Assembly (NCBI GenBank): GCA_963771465.1
Contig: CAVYTU010000015.1
Coordinates: 608,001 to 672,000, forward strand
Direction: 5' to 3'
DNA: 64,000 nt
Source of the DNA: an uncultured delta proteobacterium
GTDB lineage: Bacteria; Desulfobacterota; Binatia; UBA9968
Part shown: piece after piece, positions 31,669 to 42,564 of the stretch
Numbering within the stretch: the first letter of the stretch is position 1
Layout of the letters: every line of letters starts with the position of its first letter
The notes under the pieces: generated by a model
The model's database searches: none
What the model saw: only the letters and a program-made list of their open reading frames with translations
Told to the model about the DNA's origin: nothing
Translations under genes and position numbers: made by a program

Positions 31669-32682
31669 CTAAACCCTCGCCTCGAGCGTCGCCGGCGCCT
31701 TATTGGTGCGGCGGGGTTTTAGCGGCGCGCTGAAATAGTCGATCACACTTTGCACGACCTGCCGCGTATCATGGGTGATCCGAAAACCCACCAGATTTTT
31801 TAGTTTGCTGGTGTCCGGCACCCGCCTCTGCATATCTTCGAAGCCCGCTTCGTAGGCCTGGTCGTAGGGAATATATTGAATCGGCGACGCGCTGTGCGTC
31901 ATTAACTTGACCAGTCGGGCGAGCTTGCCGATGGAGATCTCCTCCTCGCTGCCGACGTTGAAGATCTCACCCACCGCCTGAGGATGCTCGATCAGTTTCG
32001 CCAGCGCTCCCACGGTGTCGTTGACGTGACAAAAACAGCGCGACTGCTTGCCATCGCCGAAAACCGTCAGCGGTTCGCCCGCGAGCGCCGCGCGCACGAA
32101 GTTGGGCAGCACCATGCCGTAGCGGCCGGTCTGGCGCGGGCCGACGGTATTGAACAGGCGCACGATCACGACCGGCAAATCTCTTTCCTTCCAGTAGGCC
32201 AGCGCGAGAAACTCGTCGATGGCCTTCGAGCAGGCATAGCTCCAGCGCCCTTTTTGCGTGCCGCCCATGACCAGGTCATCGTCTTCACAGAAAGGAATCT
32301 TGGTCGATTTGCCGTAAACCTCCGAGGTGCTGGTGATCAGCACTTTCTTTTTCTTCTTGCCGGCAAACTCCAACACCGCCTCGGTGCCCTTGACGTTGTT
32401 CTCGATGGTTCGCACCGGACTCTCGACGATTAGCCGCACGCCGACGGAAGCCGCCAGGTGAAATACCGCGTCGGCGTCATCGATCAGCTCCGCCAACAAA
32501 TGACGATTGAAAATCGACTCGACGATATAGCGAAACCCGCGCCGGCCTTTCAGCCGCTCGATATTTTGAATCGAGCCGGTGCAGAGGTCGTCGATCACGG
32601 TCACTGAATGGCCCGCGCTCAAGAGTCTTTCGGCGAGATGGCAGCCGATAAATCCCGCCCCGCCGGTAATCAAATAGTGCAT
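31669..32682 (-). CDS. NAD-dependent nucleotide-sugar epimerase/dehydratase
   Basis: ITGGAGFIG, TSTSEVYG, YACSK, RLFNTVGPRQ. Confidence 0.92.
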   Translation of the reverse strand: MHYLITGGAGFIGCHLAERLLSAGHSVTVIDDLCTGSIQNIERLKGRRGFRYIVESIFNRHLLAELIDDADAVFHLAASVGVRLIVESPVRTIENNVKGTEAVLEFAGKKKKKVLITSTSEVYGKSTKIPFCEDDDLVMGGTQKGRWSYACSKAIDEFLALAYWKERDLPVVIVRLFNTVGPRQTGRYGMVLPNFVRAALAGEPLTVFGDGKQSRCFCHVNDTVGALAKLIEHPQAVGEIFNVGSEEEISIGKLARLVKLMTHSASPIQYIPYDQAYEAGFEDMQRRVPDTSKLKNLVGFRITHDTRQVVQSVIDYFSAPLKPRRTNKAPATLEARV

Positions 32683-32735
32683 GGTTGTCTCTCCATAAAT
32701 TTTCGTTTTTCCGCTCGACGTGGCCTTGCGGCCGT

Positions 32736-35045
32736 TCACACGAGTCGCGCCGAGGGAAAATAATCTCCCGAATTGTAATAATGATAGTAGTTGCGATATT
32801 CGCCGCTCTTCATGTTGACCCGATTGAGCACCAGGCCAAGGATCTTCGATTTCCGGTTGCCGAGCTGTGCAAGCGCATCCCTGACGATCGGTTTCGGAGT
32901 CATCTGCCCGCGCACCACGAAAATCAAGCCGTCGACGATCGTCGACAGCACCACCGCATCGCTCACCGGAATCACCGGCGGCGAATCGATAAAGACATAA
33001 TCATAGCGTTCTTTTAGGTACTCGAGGGTCTCGGACATCTTTTTTGAGCCCAACAGTTCCGTCGGGCTGGGCGGCAACGAACCCGCCCCCAACACCGAGA
33101 GATTGGGAATGGAGGTCGGCTGGATCACCTGATCCAGAGGCGCAAGATTCGCCAGATAATCGGCCAGGCCGCTATCGCTCTCGACCCCTAAAGCTCTCAA
33201 GCAGCTCGGCTGGCGCAGATCAGCATCGAGCACCAGAACGCGGCTGCCCATGCGCGCGAACATGATCGCCGTGTTGGTCAGTGTCGTCGTCTTGCCCTCT
33301 CCGGGCGTGCTGCTGGTAAATAGCAGCGTCTTGGGCGATTCATCGGCCCTGGACATCAGGATCGCCATGCGCAGCTTGTGATAGACCTCGGAGATCAATG
33401 AGAGCCGGCGGTCATTGGCGGCAAAATTCTTGCGCGGCAGGCAGAGCTTGGCTTCTCTTTGTACCAGCCGGCGCACCAGCGATGATTGGGGATGCGCCAA
33501 GCCACGCGGCAGCGTGAACACGTCTGGCACCAAGGCGAGACAGGGCACGCCCAAATAGCGCTCGCTCTCTTCCGGCAGGTGCATTGTATTGTCGAGATGT
33601 TCCAGGAGCAGCGCCAGCCCCAAACCGCCGAACAGTCCCAAGAGCGCGCCTAGCATGAGGTTCAAACGCTTATTCGGTTTCGCCGGAACTCGTGGTATCT
33701 CGGCGCGGTCGACGATCGATACGTTGGAGGATGGCAACTCGCCGGCCACGGAAATTTCTCTGAACCGCTCCTGCACGCTATCGTAGAGTTGCTTGTTGGT
33801 ATTGGCCTCGCGCGCCAGAATCGCGTACTGCACGGAGGCGTCCTTGAGGGCGAAGGTCTCGGACTTCTGCTTATCCATCTGCCCGCGCAGATCCTTTTCT
33901 TTTCCGACCGACGCAAAGTAAGCCGAGTTGATGCCTTCGACGACGTTCTTGATCTGTTGTCCGAGGCGGGTTCTAGACTCTTCGAGTTGGGCCTTGACCT
34001 GGGCCAACCGGGGATAGCCCGGCAGATACTGCTCGCTCAGCTTGGCCTGCTCCGCTTCGAGCTGCACGATCTGTCCCCTGAGACTCTGAATCAGCCCGTT
34101 ACCGATCACCGCGGGAAGCGAATCGTACTGGCGGCTTTTGATCAATCGCGCCTGGGCTTCGAAGCCGATGCGCTCGGCTTCCGCTTCGGTGAGGCGTCTG
34201 TTGAGATCGGCCAGGCGCTCGACCACGATATTTTCCTTATCGTCCAGCGAAATGATTCCTTTGCCGCGGCGAAACTGGTTTAGAGTCATTTCCGACTTTT
34301 CAACTCGGTTTTTTAATTCGCCGAGTTTTGTTTCCAGGAATTTTCGTGCTTCTTCATTGGCCTGGCTCTTGAGCTTGAAACCGTACTGGATATAGGCCGC
34401 GACATGCGCGTTGGCGATGCGCGTGGCCAGCTCAGGATCGGGCGAACTGATGCCGACCGTGACAATCCGGCTGCGTTTGACCGGATCGACGCTGACCATG
34501 CCGGTATAAGTGTTGATGATCCCCGAATCGACTCCCCCGATGGACGACGGCGCAGAGATTGGCGCAACTTGCGGCAATAGGGTATTGAACCAGGCGATGG
34601 GGATGGACAGGATCTTTCCGATCGAAAAAGTGCTTTGCTTGAGAAACTTTGCGTCTCTATCGAGTTTTTGCGCCTTGATGACCTCGGCGGCGAGGCTCCG
34701 GCTTTGCAGGACCTGGTATTGGCTCGCATAAAAGCTGCTCTCATCGCCTTCCTCGGTTTCGCCAACCACTTGTTGGATCTTCACGACCTGGGGCGTTTTG
34801 CGCTCGATCATCAAGGTCGCCCTGGCGACGTAGATCGGCGTGGCGGTGAACGCGATCACGCCGCTCGTGATCACCGCGAGGGCAAAACAGGCGAGGATCT
34901 TCCACTGGTGCTTTCTCACGACCTGCCAATAGTCGCGAAAGCTGGGCGCCTCGCCGACCGGTTCTGAGCGACGGCTGTCACGCACCCCATCGTCCTGTTC
35001 GAGGAAAACGACGCGCCGCGCTGATGTTGGCAGGACTTCCTTCAT
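32736..35045 (-). CDS. wzc: Polysaccharide co-polymerase / BY-kinase (Wzc)
   Basis: Two TM segments flanking a coiled coil, Walker A PGEGKT, A' DADLR, B IDSPP, Tyr-rich tail EYRNYYHYYNSGDYF. Confidence 0.93.
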   Translation of the reverse strand: MKEVLPTSARRVVFLEQDDGVRDSRRSEPVGEAPSFRDYWQVVRKHQWKILACFALAVITSGVIAFTATPIYVARATLMIERKTPQVVKIQQVVGETEEGDESSFYASQYQVLQSRSLAAEVIKAQKLDRDAKFLKQSTFSIGKILSIPIAWFNTLLPQVAPISAPSSIGGVDSGIINTYTGMVSVDPVKRSRIVTVGISSPDPELATRIANAHVAAYIQYGFKLKSQANEEARKFLETKLGELKNRVEKSEMTLNQFRRGKGIISLDDKENIVVERLADLNRRLTEAEAERIGFEAQARLIKSRQYDSLPAVIGNGLIQSLRGQIVQLEAEQAKLSEQYLPGYPRLAQVKAQLEESRTRLGQQIKNVVEGINSAYFASVGKEKDLRGQMDKQKSETFALKDASVQYAILAREANTNKQLYDSVQERFREISVAGELPSSNVSIVDRAEIPRVPAKPNKRLNLMLGALLGLFGGLGLALLLEHLDNTMHLPEESERYLGVPCLALVPDVFTLPRGLAHPQSSLVRRLVQREAKLCLPRKNFAANDRRLSLISEVYHKLRMAILMSRADESPKTLLFTSSTPGEGKTTTLTNTAIMFARMGSRVLVLDADLRQPSCLRALGVESDSGLADYLANLAPLDQVIQPTSIPNLSVLGAGSLPPSPTELLGSKKMSETLEYLKERYDYVFIDSPPVIPVSDAVVLSTIVDGLIFVVRGQMTPKPIVRDALAQLGNRKSKILGLVLNRVNMKSGEYRNYYHYYNSGDYFPSARLV

Positions 35046-35072
35046 GAACGATCTATTTCACGTCGCATGCGC

Positions 35073-36191
35073 CTATTGAATCGGAAAACTTGCGCTCGCT
35101 CCGACGTTAACCACGGTCGTAAAGAACCGATAAAATCCCCAAGCGAATAGTTTCGGGCTTGACGAAACGACGTTGACCACGTCGCCTTCACGCAATGTAA
35201 GATCGGGACTGGCGCCGTTTTTAATCGCATCGAGATCAGCGATCATTTTCGACTTGTTCCCGGACGGGTTGGTGCGAATTAATTCCACGGCAGCGGCATC
35301 GGCCGGAAAGCTCAGGCCACCGGCGGCGGCAACTACTCCTAACAGAGTTAGCCCCGGTGTGATCTTGTAGGCTCCAGGCTTTTCAATCCAACCCTGCACC
35401 AATACTTCCCCTGCTCCGGGAATCATTACGATATCGCCGGGGCGCGCCGGCATGTTCAAATAAATCTCTTGGCCGGTTCGATTGACACCATTGAGGGCAA
35501 TAACCAAGGGCTCGGTATTCTTGAGAATCAGCGGCGACGGATTCTGACTCAGCATCTGTATCGGCATCGCCGAAATGACTTCTTTTGCTTTGTCGGGTTC
35601 GGCCGGCTCGGCAGGTATAAACAGTATGCGCTCGGCTGCCCCCGCGGTCGTGCCGCCGGCTTGCGAAATCATGCTAAGGATCGTGTCGGCCGAACTGGTG
35701 AGATTATAGAGTCCCGGTTTTTGCACGGCGCCGATGACGGCGACCTGGCGGCTGCGAAATTCCTTGACGAACAGGCTCACCTGCGGATTGCGCACGTAGT
35801 TTGTCTCGAGCCGGCGACGGATCTCGGCGCGCAACGTCTCATCCGTCATACCGTTCACCTGGAGCATGCCGACGAAGGGCAGCACCAGAGTGCCATCCCC
35901 GGTGATCCGCTGGGTGAGATTCTTGATCTCTTCCACGCCGGCCACGTTGACCTCGATGACATCGCCCGGACCGACTGGGTACTCGCTACCGTTGCTCTCC
36001 TTTTTGCGCTTCTCCCAAAGAGCCGCCAAGCGCTCGAGGTCGTTGTTCGCTTTTGCGCTTTCTCTTAAATAAGCGGTCGCGGTTGAAACTTTTTCATCTC
36101 CCACTGTCTCGCCGGACTTCGAGGCCGTCGTCGAGCACCCAACGGCCAACAAGCAGACTCCCAACGTCCAAGTAATTAAAAATGTCTTCAT
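35073..36191 (-). CDS. wza: Polysaccharide export lipoprotein (Wza) with SLBB domains
   Basis: Lipobox LAVGC, YPVGPGDVI, GTLVLPFVG, VIGAVQKPG. Confidence 0.9.
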   Translation of the reverse strand: MKTFLITWTLGVCLLAVGCSTTASKSGETVGDEKVSTATAYLRESAKANNDLERLAALWEKRKKESNGSEYPVGPGDVIEVNVAGVEEIKNLTQRITGDGTLVLPFVGMLQVNGMTDETLRAEIRRRLETNYVRNPQVSLFVKEFRSRQVAVIGAVQKPGLYNLTSSADTILSMISQAGGTTAGAAERILFIPAEPAEPDKAKEVISAMPIQMLSQNPSPLILKNTEPLVIALNGVNRTGQEIYLNMPARPGDIVMIPGAGEVLVQGWIEKPGAYKITPGLTLLGVVAAAGGLSFPADAAAVELIRTNPSGNKSKMIADLDAIKNGASPDLTLREGDVVNVVSSSPKLFAWGFYRFFTTVVNVGASASFPIQ

Positions 36192-36674
36192 CGGTTCAGT
36201 CGAGAACTGATCGAATTCGCCGCTAAGCTGAGATAACCTTGCCTTTGACCATGAACGGACGGTGTTAACCCGCGATTAAGAGCGAATTAAAATTCGCCGT
36301 CTGAAACGGCCAAAATCTGCACCGGGGTTGGTTAATCTGACGCACCAGATCCACAGGAGCCTAATCAGCTCGTTGAGGGTCCTTCGCCAAAGTCTCCCGC
36401 AAAAAGAGCGCTAACTTCTCCGTTGCTTACCTTCATACAATTATTTCATCCATTCCCTGTACGTTAGTCACTTCAGATAAGAACAGCCATTCAACCATAC
36501 GATCATCAGCAGTACAGTCGTCCAAGAGCCACGTGCTACCGATTCCGCCAGAAACCAAATAAGGCGCGATGATCAAAGATTAGTCCGGACTTTCGCGCCG
36601 GGCGCGCACGTTGCTCATCCTGATACATCGCACAAGAATCTTCGATGGCGCCGAATCTGTGATAGGGCGTCGCG

Positions 36675-36693
36675 CTATGATTATTTTTTATAG
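36675..36693. promoter_or_regulatory. Possible LysR-type operator upstream of wza
   Basis: CTAT-N11-ATAG palindrome (T-N11-A) in AT-rich DNA between lysR and wza. Confidence 0.3.
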
Positions 36694-37362
36694 ATAAAAT
36701 GGCTAAAACCACGGTCACTCAAATAATTTAGCTGTTATGGCTTTCTTCGGTAGCGAATGTCGAACTGATCCAAGCGTGCAATCATCTGCCTGCAGATTTT
36801 TCTAGGCTTCCGCTCCGCGGGCACGATTCCCAAATACACCTTGATTCGAGACAGCCATCTCCCCGATGCGTGCATAAGCTTCTGATTAAGGGGCCACTGC
36901 GAAAGGTAAGAAACTCTCTTCCAAAATCCGAAACCAGACTCGCAACTGCGTTTACTATTGATAGCTAACTCTGCCCCTTCTTTGAAGTGATCGCATACTT
37001 CGTTTTTTCTAAATTCCTATCTTAAGTCATAGCTTAATTTAGAATGCCATTCAGGCACCTCGTAACTGCTCGTCTTCTTACTCTAAAAGGTTCGCTTGGG
37101 TTCGCCCGGGCTCTCCGTGGCGGCACCTGCATCCAGTGCCTTCAGAAAAAAACAGTTCAATAGACGCAAAACTTGCGTTCTCGGCGAAGGAACGCGCTAG
37201 AGGTATGCTAAAAATTGATTTGGTCGAATGGGCAAACACAGCGCATCAGTGACGTGACGGTCACTTCTCTCGCTGGTTCCGTTTTCAATCGCAACTGTTT
37301 CGGTGCTTATCGGCAGGGACGGTAATAACCTAGAATGGTCGATTCTTATTGCTGTATTACCG

Positions 37363-38271
37363 TTACGAACTGATCGAGAATTTGTTTTTTCGCGCTTTCA
37401 TAGACCTCAGTAAGGTAAGAAAATTATTGCTAGCGGATGACATTGGCTTTTTTTTGCTATACACGATGTAGCTACTTTCTACGATTTTTGGTAAACTCGG
37501 AAAGTGCAGAGCTTTGAAATCTTTTCTTTTAATACCCTCCTGAACGAGATTGTAAAATAATATCCCTAGCCCCGTTTTTTTCCGGACAGCCGCTTTGACG
37601 GCGTCGAGGGATACACATCGCAAAGTTATGTTAGGTATCACACCTTGGCGCTTGATCTCTTTAAGCATTTTGTCCGTGGCATCTAATCCATCTCTGACAA
37701 TTATCGGAATATCTGTAAGATTAACTAAATCTAAAATTTTCTTTTTCGCCAACCAGTGTGTCGGATGAGCGAAAAACGTGAGATGGTCATCGGCAAAATG
37801 CTCCATATTTAAATCGGGAGATTTAGACGGGCTGTGGAGAATAGCGATATCAACATCAGCGTCTCGAACCAATTGTTCAATACGCGGTCCATCATATGTT
37901 AGAAATCGCACTTCGATATTAGGATGTTTTTTTTGGAAAGCCGCTATCGCTTCAGGTAAATACTTCACGGAAGGATTATAACTTCCACCAACAATCAATG
38001 TTTGACACGCTACTTCTGATGGATGCAATGTTTTCCTCAGAGTTTCAAGCTGAGTCAACATCTCATTTGCAGTTCCTAGAAAAAGCTGTCCCGCCCCTGT
38101 TAGTTCGATACCCTGTTTATTTTTTTTATATAGTTTGGCGCCGAATTCATTCTCGAGACTTTTGAGCCGCTGGCAAACCGAAGACGCACTGACGTGCATC
38201 TGGCGGGCGGTTTTTCCGAGGTTTTGATGTTTGGCGACATTAGCGAAAAGCTCGATGCGATCGAGTAACAT
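37363..38271 (-). CDS. LysR family transcriptional regulator
   Basis: N-terminal HTH (NLGKTARQMHVSASSVCQRLKSLE..LTGAG) and a substrate-binding domain. Visibly AT-rich. Confidence 0.92.
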   Translation of the reverse strand: MLLDRIELFANVAKHQNLGKTARQMHVSASSVCQRLKSLENEFGAKLYKKNKQGIELTGAGQLFLGTANEMLTQLETLRKTLHPSEVACQTLIVGGSYNPSVKYLPEAIAAFQKKHPNIEVRFLTYDGPRIEQLVRDADVDIAILHSPSKSPDLNMEHFADDHLTFFAHPTHWLAKKKILDLVNLTDIPIIVRDGLDATDKMLKEIKRQGVIPNITLRCVSLDAVKAAVRKKTGLGILFYNLVQEGIKRKDFKALHFPSLPKIVESSYIVYSKKKPMSSASNNFLTLLRSMKARKNKFSISS

Positions 38272-38754
38272 AGCGGGCGACTTCCTATTTAAATATTGTT
38301 ATTGATCGAGCGCAAGGACAATCAATGCAGCCGAGGGCGCGGTCGTAACCGATTTTATTGCAGCGACGGGACAATTCCGCTACCCTCCTCGTCTACCTGC
38401 TGACTCGAAACAGTCCCAGATTCGCCAAAGTCTTGCTTAATATAGCATTAGCGAGGTCAGCACACCCCGCCACGCTTACGTGAGGAAACAAATAGTAATT
38501 AGTGTTGTGAAGACGAGAAGACTATTCAGAAGGTGACCATTTCCCTAACCCCTATTCTAGACCAATGATTTGGGATTTCAACTCAAGTGAGGATCGTTAA
38601 CACGATATTAACACGACGACCGCTGGCCGGAAGTGACATCTGTCATCGACTTTTCTGAATCCATGGCTAAGAACTTGCCATTCGATCGATCATGACTTAG
38701 TTGAGCTCGCGCGCTCTTTGGATCATTGAATTGCCCAACATTTTTCCGAATGCT

Positions 38755-38890
38755 CGGTCGCCCCCCACCGGTATCCGCCTGCCGCAGCATCACATGCGTG
38801 AGGAACCGGCCGATACGACCATTCCCGTCCATAATAATAGGATGAACATGGACGACGATGAAATGGCCGAGCACCGGCGGCTGTGGGCCC
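38755..38890 (-). pseudogene. Fic-domain fragment
   Basis: LGHFIVVHVHPIIMDGNGRIGRFL resembles HPFxDGNGR. The flanks are frameshifted or absent. Confidence 0.65.
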
Positions 38891-39198
38891 TAGCGGATTT
38901 CGGGACGAAACAAAAATGTGCGACCACAAAAACAAAATTTGGATGTTGATTTCTCCAGCCATGCTGCCGTGGAGAATTCCGCCGCCGTTTTGGATACCGA
39001 CCAGTCAGCTACCGGGCTCGTTGAGAGTTTCACCACGTCGATGCGCATCTCTGCACCTCGTCGCATGGCCCCCAACACGAATAAAAATATTTGGGCCTGA
39101 TGGTCAAAAACTTCCGCGCATAAATAATTGTAGAGCCATGCCATGGGAGGATCCGCAGGCATCGCATACGTAGATGAAAAAGAACGTTACGCAGCCAC

Positions 39199-39858
39199 CT
39201 AAACAAATCCTAAATATTTATCCCGGTGATCACATCCCGGTCGGGACCGGCAATATGACAGCGGTGCTTGCCAGGATCTAACGCAACCTACGATCTCGGC
39301 CTTGTTTTTCCGGAAGCGAACGGCAAGCTCATTCAGCTTGTCCACGAGCAGCGCAGCGCACACCTGTTGAATGCCGCGTGTCGCGATTCGAAGAGCTTCA
39401 CGGAGCTGTTCCTTGTCTCGTTCGTTGCGCCGGTCCCCTGATAGTTGGCGCCGATAACGTTTAACAAGCCACGTTGGCTCGACTGTCTGCTCCAGATAAT
39501 CGAGTGCTTCATAAAGCTTTAGCCGGCGAATCTCTCTTATTGCACTCATCAGCCGCGCGCCGCAGGATGTCAACGGCCCAGCCGATGTTCATCGGAGTGA
39601 GGTAATACGCCGGCGGTGGAACAAAAGTGGTCGACGGCGAGCTCGGCCAGGAATAGCCCGACCAATCGCGCCTCATCCTCGTCGTCGAATCTGAAAAGGT
39701 GATCTTGATCACGGTAGGCTTCTACACAAACCATATTCGCAGCGTGAGCAGCACGCTTGCGTGAGCGAAATAAAGGCCGCTATCGTATGTACCGACTCGG
39801 CGCTACCGCAAACGGTGTAGCCTCTATACTGTTGCTGTACGTGGTTGTTACCGAACAT
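39199..39858 (-). CDS. Hypothetical protein, multiply frameshifted
   Basis: ORFs 39709-39900, 39509-39712 and 39199-39573 are collinear and read as one protein (MFGNNHVQQQYRGYTVCGSAE..PPPAYYLTPM..LYEALDYLE). Confidence 0.5.
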
Positions 39859-39906
39859 TTGGACTTTTTCAAGGGACAATTGCGCGTTTGGATTTCGCAC
39901 GGGCGT

Positions 39907-40470
39907 TTAGAACTTAACCGACGGCCCTTGCCAGGTTGCTGTTCGCGGGCACGCGCGCGAGATCGCCTGTTCCGCCTCGCGCCAGCCGTCGCAACCATTG
40001 CGCCCAGGGCGACGTCGGCAGAAATTGAGTATACCTTTGCACTTTGAATAGAAGTGGAAAAAGCGAAGCACCCTGCGGCGTTCTGCGGGGACCAGCGGCC
40101 GACTGCTGCAAATTAGCTTGTCGTCGCTCATCCCATGATCGGTGAGGGTCACGGCACCCCACGCTTTCACCCGCACCTGACTACCGAAGGGCAATCGCGG
40201 ACCCAGCACCACCGCGTCCAGTAAATCGCCTTCCAGGCCCAGGTACTGCGGCACCGAGCCGTAGTTAAAAGGGCACGGCAGAGGCGAGATGAAATCGACC
40301 CGGCCCGTAGACCCGCGCTTGAGAAAGCTGCCGCGCGGAACCTCCACCACCACATCCACTTCAATGGGCTTCGTAGCATCCTCCCGGGACGGAAAACGGT
40401 TGCGTGGCGATTGTACAAAGAAAGGATTCGTCCATTCGCCAGCGTTCAATCCCCGACCGGTGCTCCGCAA
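39907..40470 (-). CDS. Inorganic pyrophosphatase-like protein (family I, divergent; start uncertain)
   Basis: VEVPRGS.K, PFNYG, EGDLLD (cf. DGDPLD), DDKLI. Confidence 0.75.
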   Translation of the reverse strand: MRSTGRGLNAGEWTNPFFVQSPRNRFPSREDATKPIEVDVVVEVPRGSFLKRGSTGRVDFISPLPCPFNYGSVPQYLGLEGDLLDAVVLGPRLPFGSQVRVKAWGAVTLTDHGMSDDKLICSSRPLVPAERRRVLRFFHFYSKCKGILNFCRRRPGRNGCDGWREAEQAISRACPRTATWQGPSVKF

Positions 40471-41126
40471 TCCGGCTCGTTATACCTGGAATTGTTGACC
40501 CCCGTAGTAGTGACATGCGCCGCCATTTCATCGGAGGGAAACGGCACGAGCAAAGGCTCGACCTTTTCAAAAGGATTGCCCGTGCAGTTAAGCCAGGTCT
40601 CTTCATCATCAGGATGTAAAATCGCCGGTATTCTGTCGTGGATCGGCCGCATGAAGTCGTTGGCCGGCAGCGTGATGATGGTGAATGAATCGAGAATGCC
40701 GCCGTCCGGTTTCTTCCAGCTATCCCAAAGTCCGGCAAGTGAAAAAGGCTCTTTCGATTTGAGATAGACAAACCATGGTATCTTAGAACCCTTCTCGCCC
40801 TGAAACTCATAGAAACCATCAACCGGAATAACACACCTGCGGTTTTGCAACAGCCTTCGATACGTGCGGCTTTCGCGCAGCCGTTCGACCTTCGCATTTA
40901 TCGTGCTGTAGGAAAGCTTCATGTTTTTTTCGTGGGACGGAATTAGTGGCCAGTACATGAGCCGGCCTTCGTTGCCGCGCTCTCCGCGCACGATTGCTAG
41001 TACATCGGCTTCTTTGCGCCCGGGCGAGACGTTATAAATCGGCTTGAACTGCGGCAGGTCGTTGATGAGATCCCAGCGGAGCTTGATCTCGCGAAACTCG
41101 AAAGAGGCTCGGACCCTGTTACACAT
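40446..41126 (-). CDS. SOS response-associated peptidase (SRAP/YedK/HMCES family abasic-site crosslinker)
   Basis: N-terminal Cys2 (MCNR), INAKVE, RRCVIPVDGFYE, LAGLWD, IHDRIPAIL, VNNSR. Confidence 0.92.
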   Translation of the reverse strand: MCNRVRASFEFREIKLRWDLINDLPQFKPIYNVSPGRKEADVLAIVRGERGNEGRLMYWPLIPSHEKNMKLSYSTINAKVERLRESRTYRRLLQNRRCVIPVDGFYEFQGEKGSKIPWFVYLKSKEPFSLAGLWDSWKKPDGGILDSFTIITLPANDFMRPIHDRIPAILHPDDEETWLNCTGNPFEKVEPLLVPFPSDEMAAHVTTTGVNNSRYNEPDCGAPVGD

Positions 41127-41150
41127 GAAACGATTCTGGATTTTCCCGGT

Positions 41151-41405
41151 TCACTTTGTCCCGGATAAATTTTTTGATGACCCGAACCAAAGTTTCTGTG
41201 TCGACTGCTCAGAGTGAACCGTCCCGCAGGCCATAGGCTCTACATCAATTCCTTCACAATCGGGATGCGCAGCGGAGTCGAAAAAGGCGGCTTCTGATAC
41301 GGTTGCGACCATGCGCCGGCCGCGGTCCAAGTCATCGAACATGACCGTAAAAGCTAGAGGACTCTCGTCCTCGTGAGTCTGGAGACCAACGATTTTCAGG
41401 TTCAT
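41151..41405 (-). CDS. Small hypothetical protein ('FDDLDRG' family)
   Basis: GAGGGG RBS. Homologous pieces recur at 47233-47395 and 49353-49507. Confidence 0.6.
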   Translation of the reverse strand: MNLKIVGLQTHEDESPLAFTVMFDDLDRGRRMVATVSEAAFFDSAAHPDCEGIDVEPMACGTVHSEQSTQKLWFGSSKNLSGTK

Positions 41406-41542
41406 TCAGCCCCTCGCGTTCCTTATGGCAGAAAAAAATTTCCCATTATGCAGGGTCGTTTTCAAGGGATTATCGATAATTGCAGCGCGTCGGTGTTTTT
41501 GCGCTGGTTGTAATCCAAACCGATCAATGCATGAGGTGAATT

Positions 41543-41797
41543 ATGCGTACCCTGTCCAATCTTCTTGGTCTGTTCATGGTGGTTTTCGGGGTGTTCCTTG
41601 TGATCGGTTCATACGCCATGCCGCATATTGATGTTGAGGGCGTGAGCATTATCGTTGTCTTGGGGATGGTTTTGGCTGGAGCGGGGGCGATGATCAGCAA
41701 CAGGGCATCACACAAAACTTGCCCGCAGTGCTCAGAGCAGGTGAAACTGACCGCGCTCAAATGCAAACATTGTGGTAGCCTATTGTCGCTAACATAA
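41543..41797 (+). CDS. Small membrane protein with C-terminal zinc ribbon
   Basis: GAGGTG RBS, two TM segments, CPQC..CKHCG. Confidence 0.75.
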   Translation: MRTLSNLLGLFMVVFGVFLVIGSYAMPHIDVEGVSIIVVLGMVLAGAGAMISNRASHKTCPQCSEQVKLTALKCKHCGSLLSLT

Positions 41798-41945
41798 TGA
41801 TCGCGATCGATCCCAGCGAGTGGCTATCGCACAATGGCAAACGTTGCAGAAAATTCACCGGGGTTAAAGTAATGGTTTCTCAATTGCCGGTTCTCTGACA
41901 TTGGCGATTTGACACGGGTGGGCGATTTTTATATGAGTCTGCGCC

Positions 41946-42203
41946 GTGCACGCCACCATTCTGATGTCACTGCTCGTTTATGACTGCCTTATCGATAGGT
42001 GCAACGAGACCTCACGGGAATTTGCAATTCTCAATAACGGCGTCATTATTCGCAGATACAAAGAAGATCATTTCGAACGTATACTAGAAATTCGCTGCGA
42101 TATATCAGACGCTGACAGACTTCTGTACTTAGCTACGACAGCCTATCCCGAAGCCGTTGAGGAAATCGCAAAGGCTATCACGGCCGCGCGCAACTCAGAT
42201 TAA
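41946..42203 (+). CDS. Hypothetical protein
   Basis: Clean 85-aa ORF with protein-like composition and TTGACA upstream. Confidence 0.55.
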   Translation: MHATILMSLLVYDCLIDRCNETSREFAILNNGVIIRRYKEDHFERILEIRCDISDADRLLYLATTAYPEAVEEIAKAITAARNSD

Positions 42204-42564
42204 CAACACCTGATATGTCACTACCTTTGTTCGTCACCTTCAGAGTTCCGTTACCTTTAATAAAAGCCGCTGATATGTCGCCCGCTCTTCGGCGATCGTC
42301 TCTAAAAACTCCTGTCTCGATTAAGAGCTTTGCCATCGCGTCATGCGCGAAATACTACCCTTGGCGTAGCATCATAACGGGGCACTGCATAAACATACTC
42401 TTAGTAGCGTATAGGTGTAAACGGCGACCTAGTCGCCTTTTTATTCCCACGGCGCACTATCACGACAGTGACTTGGCTTCACTGACGAAGCAGCGAACGT
42501 GTCAGAATCCGACTGTTCCAATCTCGCTATCATTATCCAACAGAAGTGGTAGCCTCTAACCACT

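Noticed and set aside
36192-37362. ops/JUMPstart element upstream of wza
   Set aside because: Only a partial CGGTAGCG near 36748, on the wrong strand.
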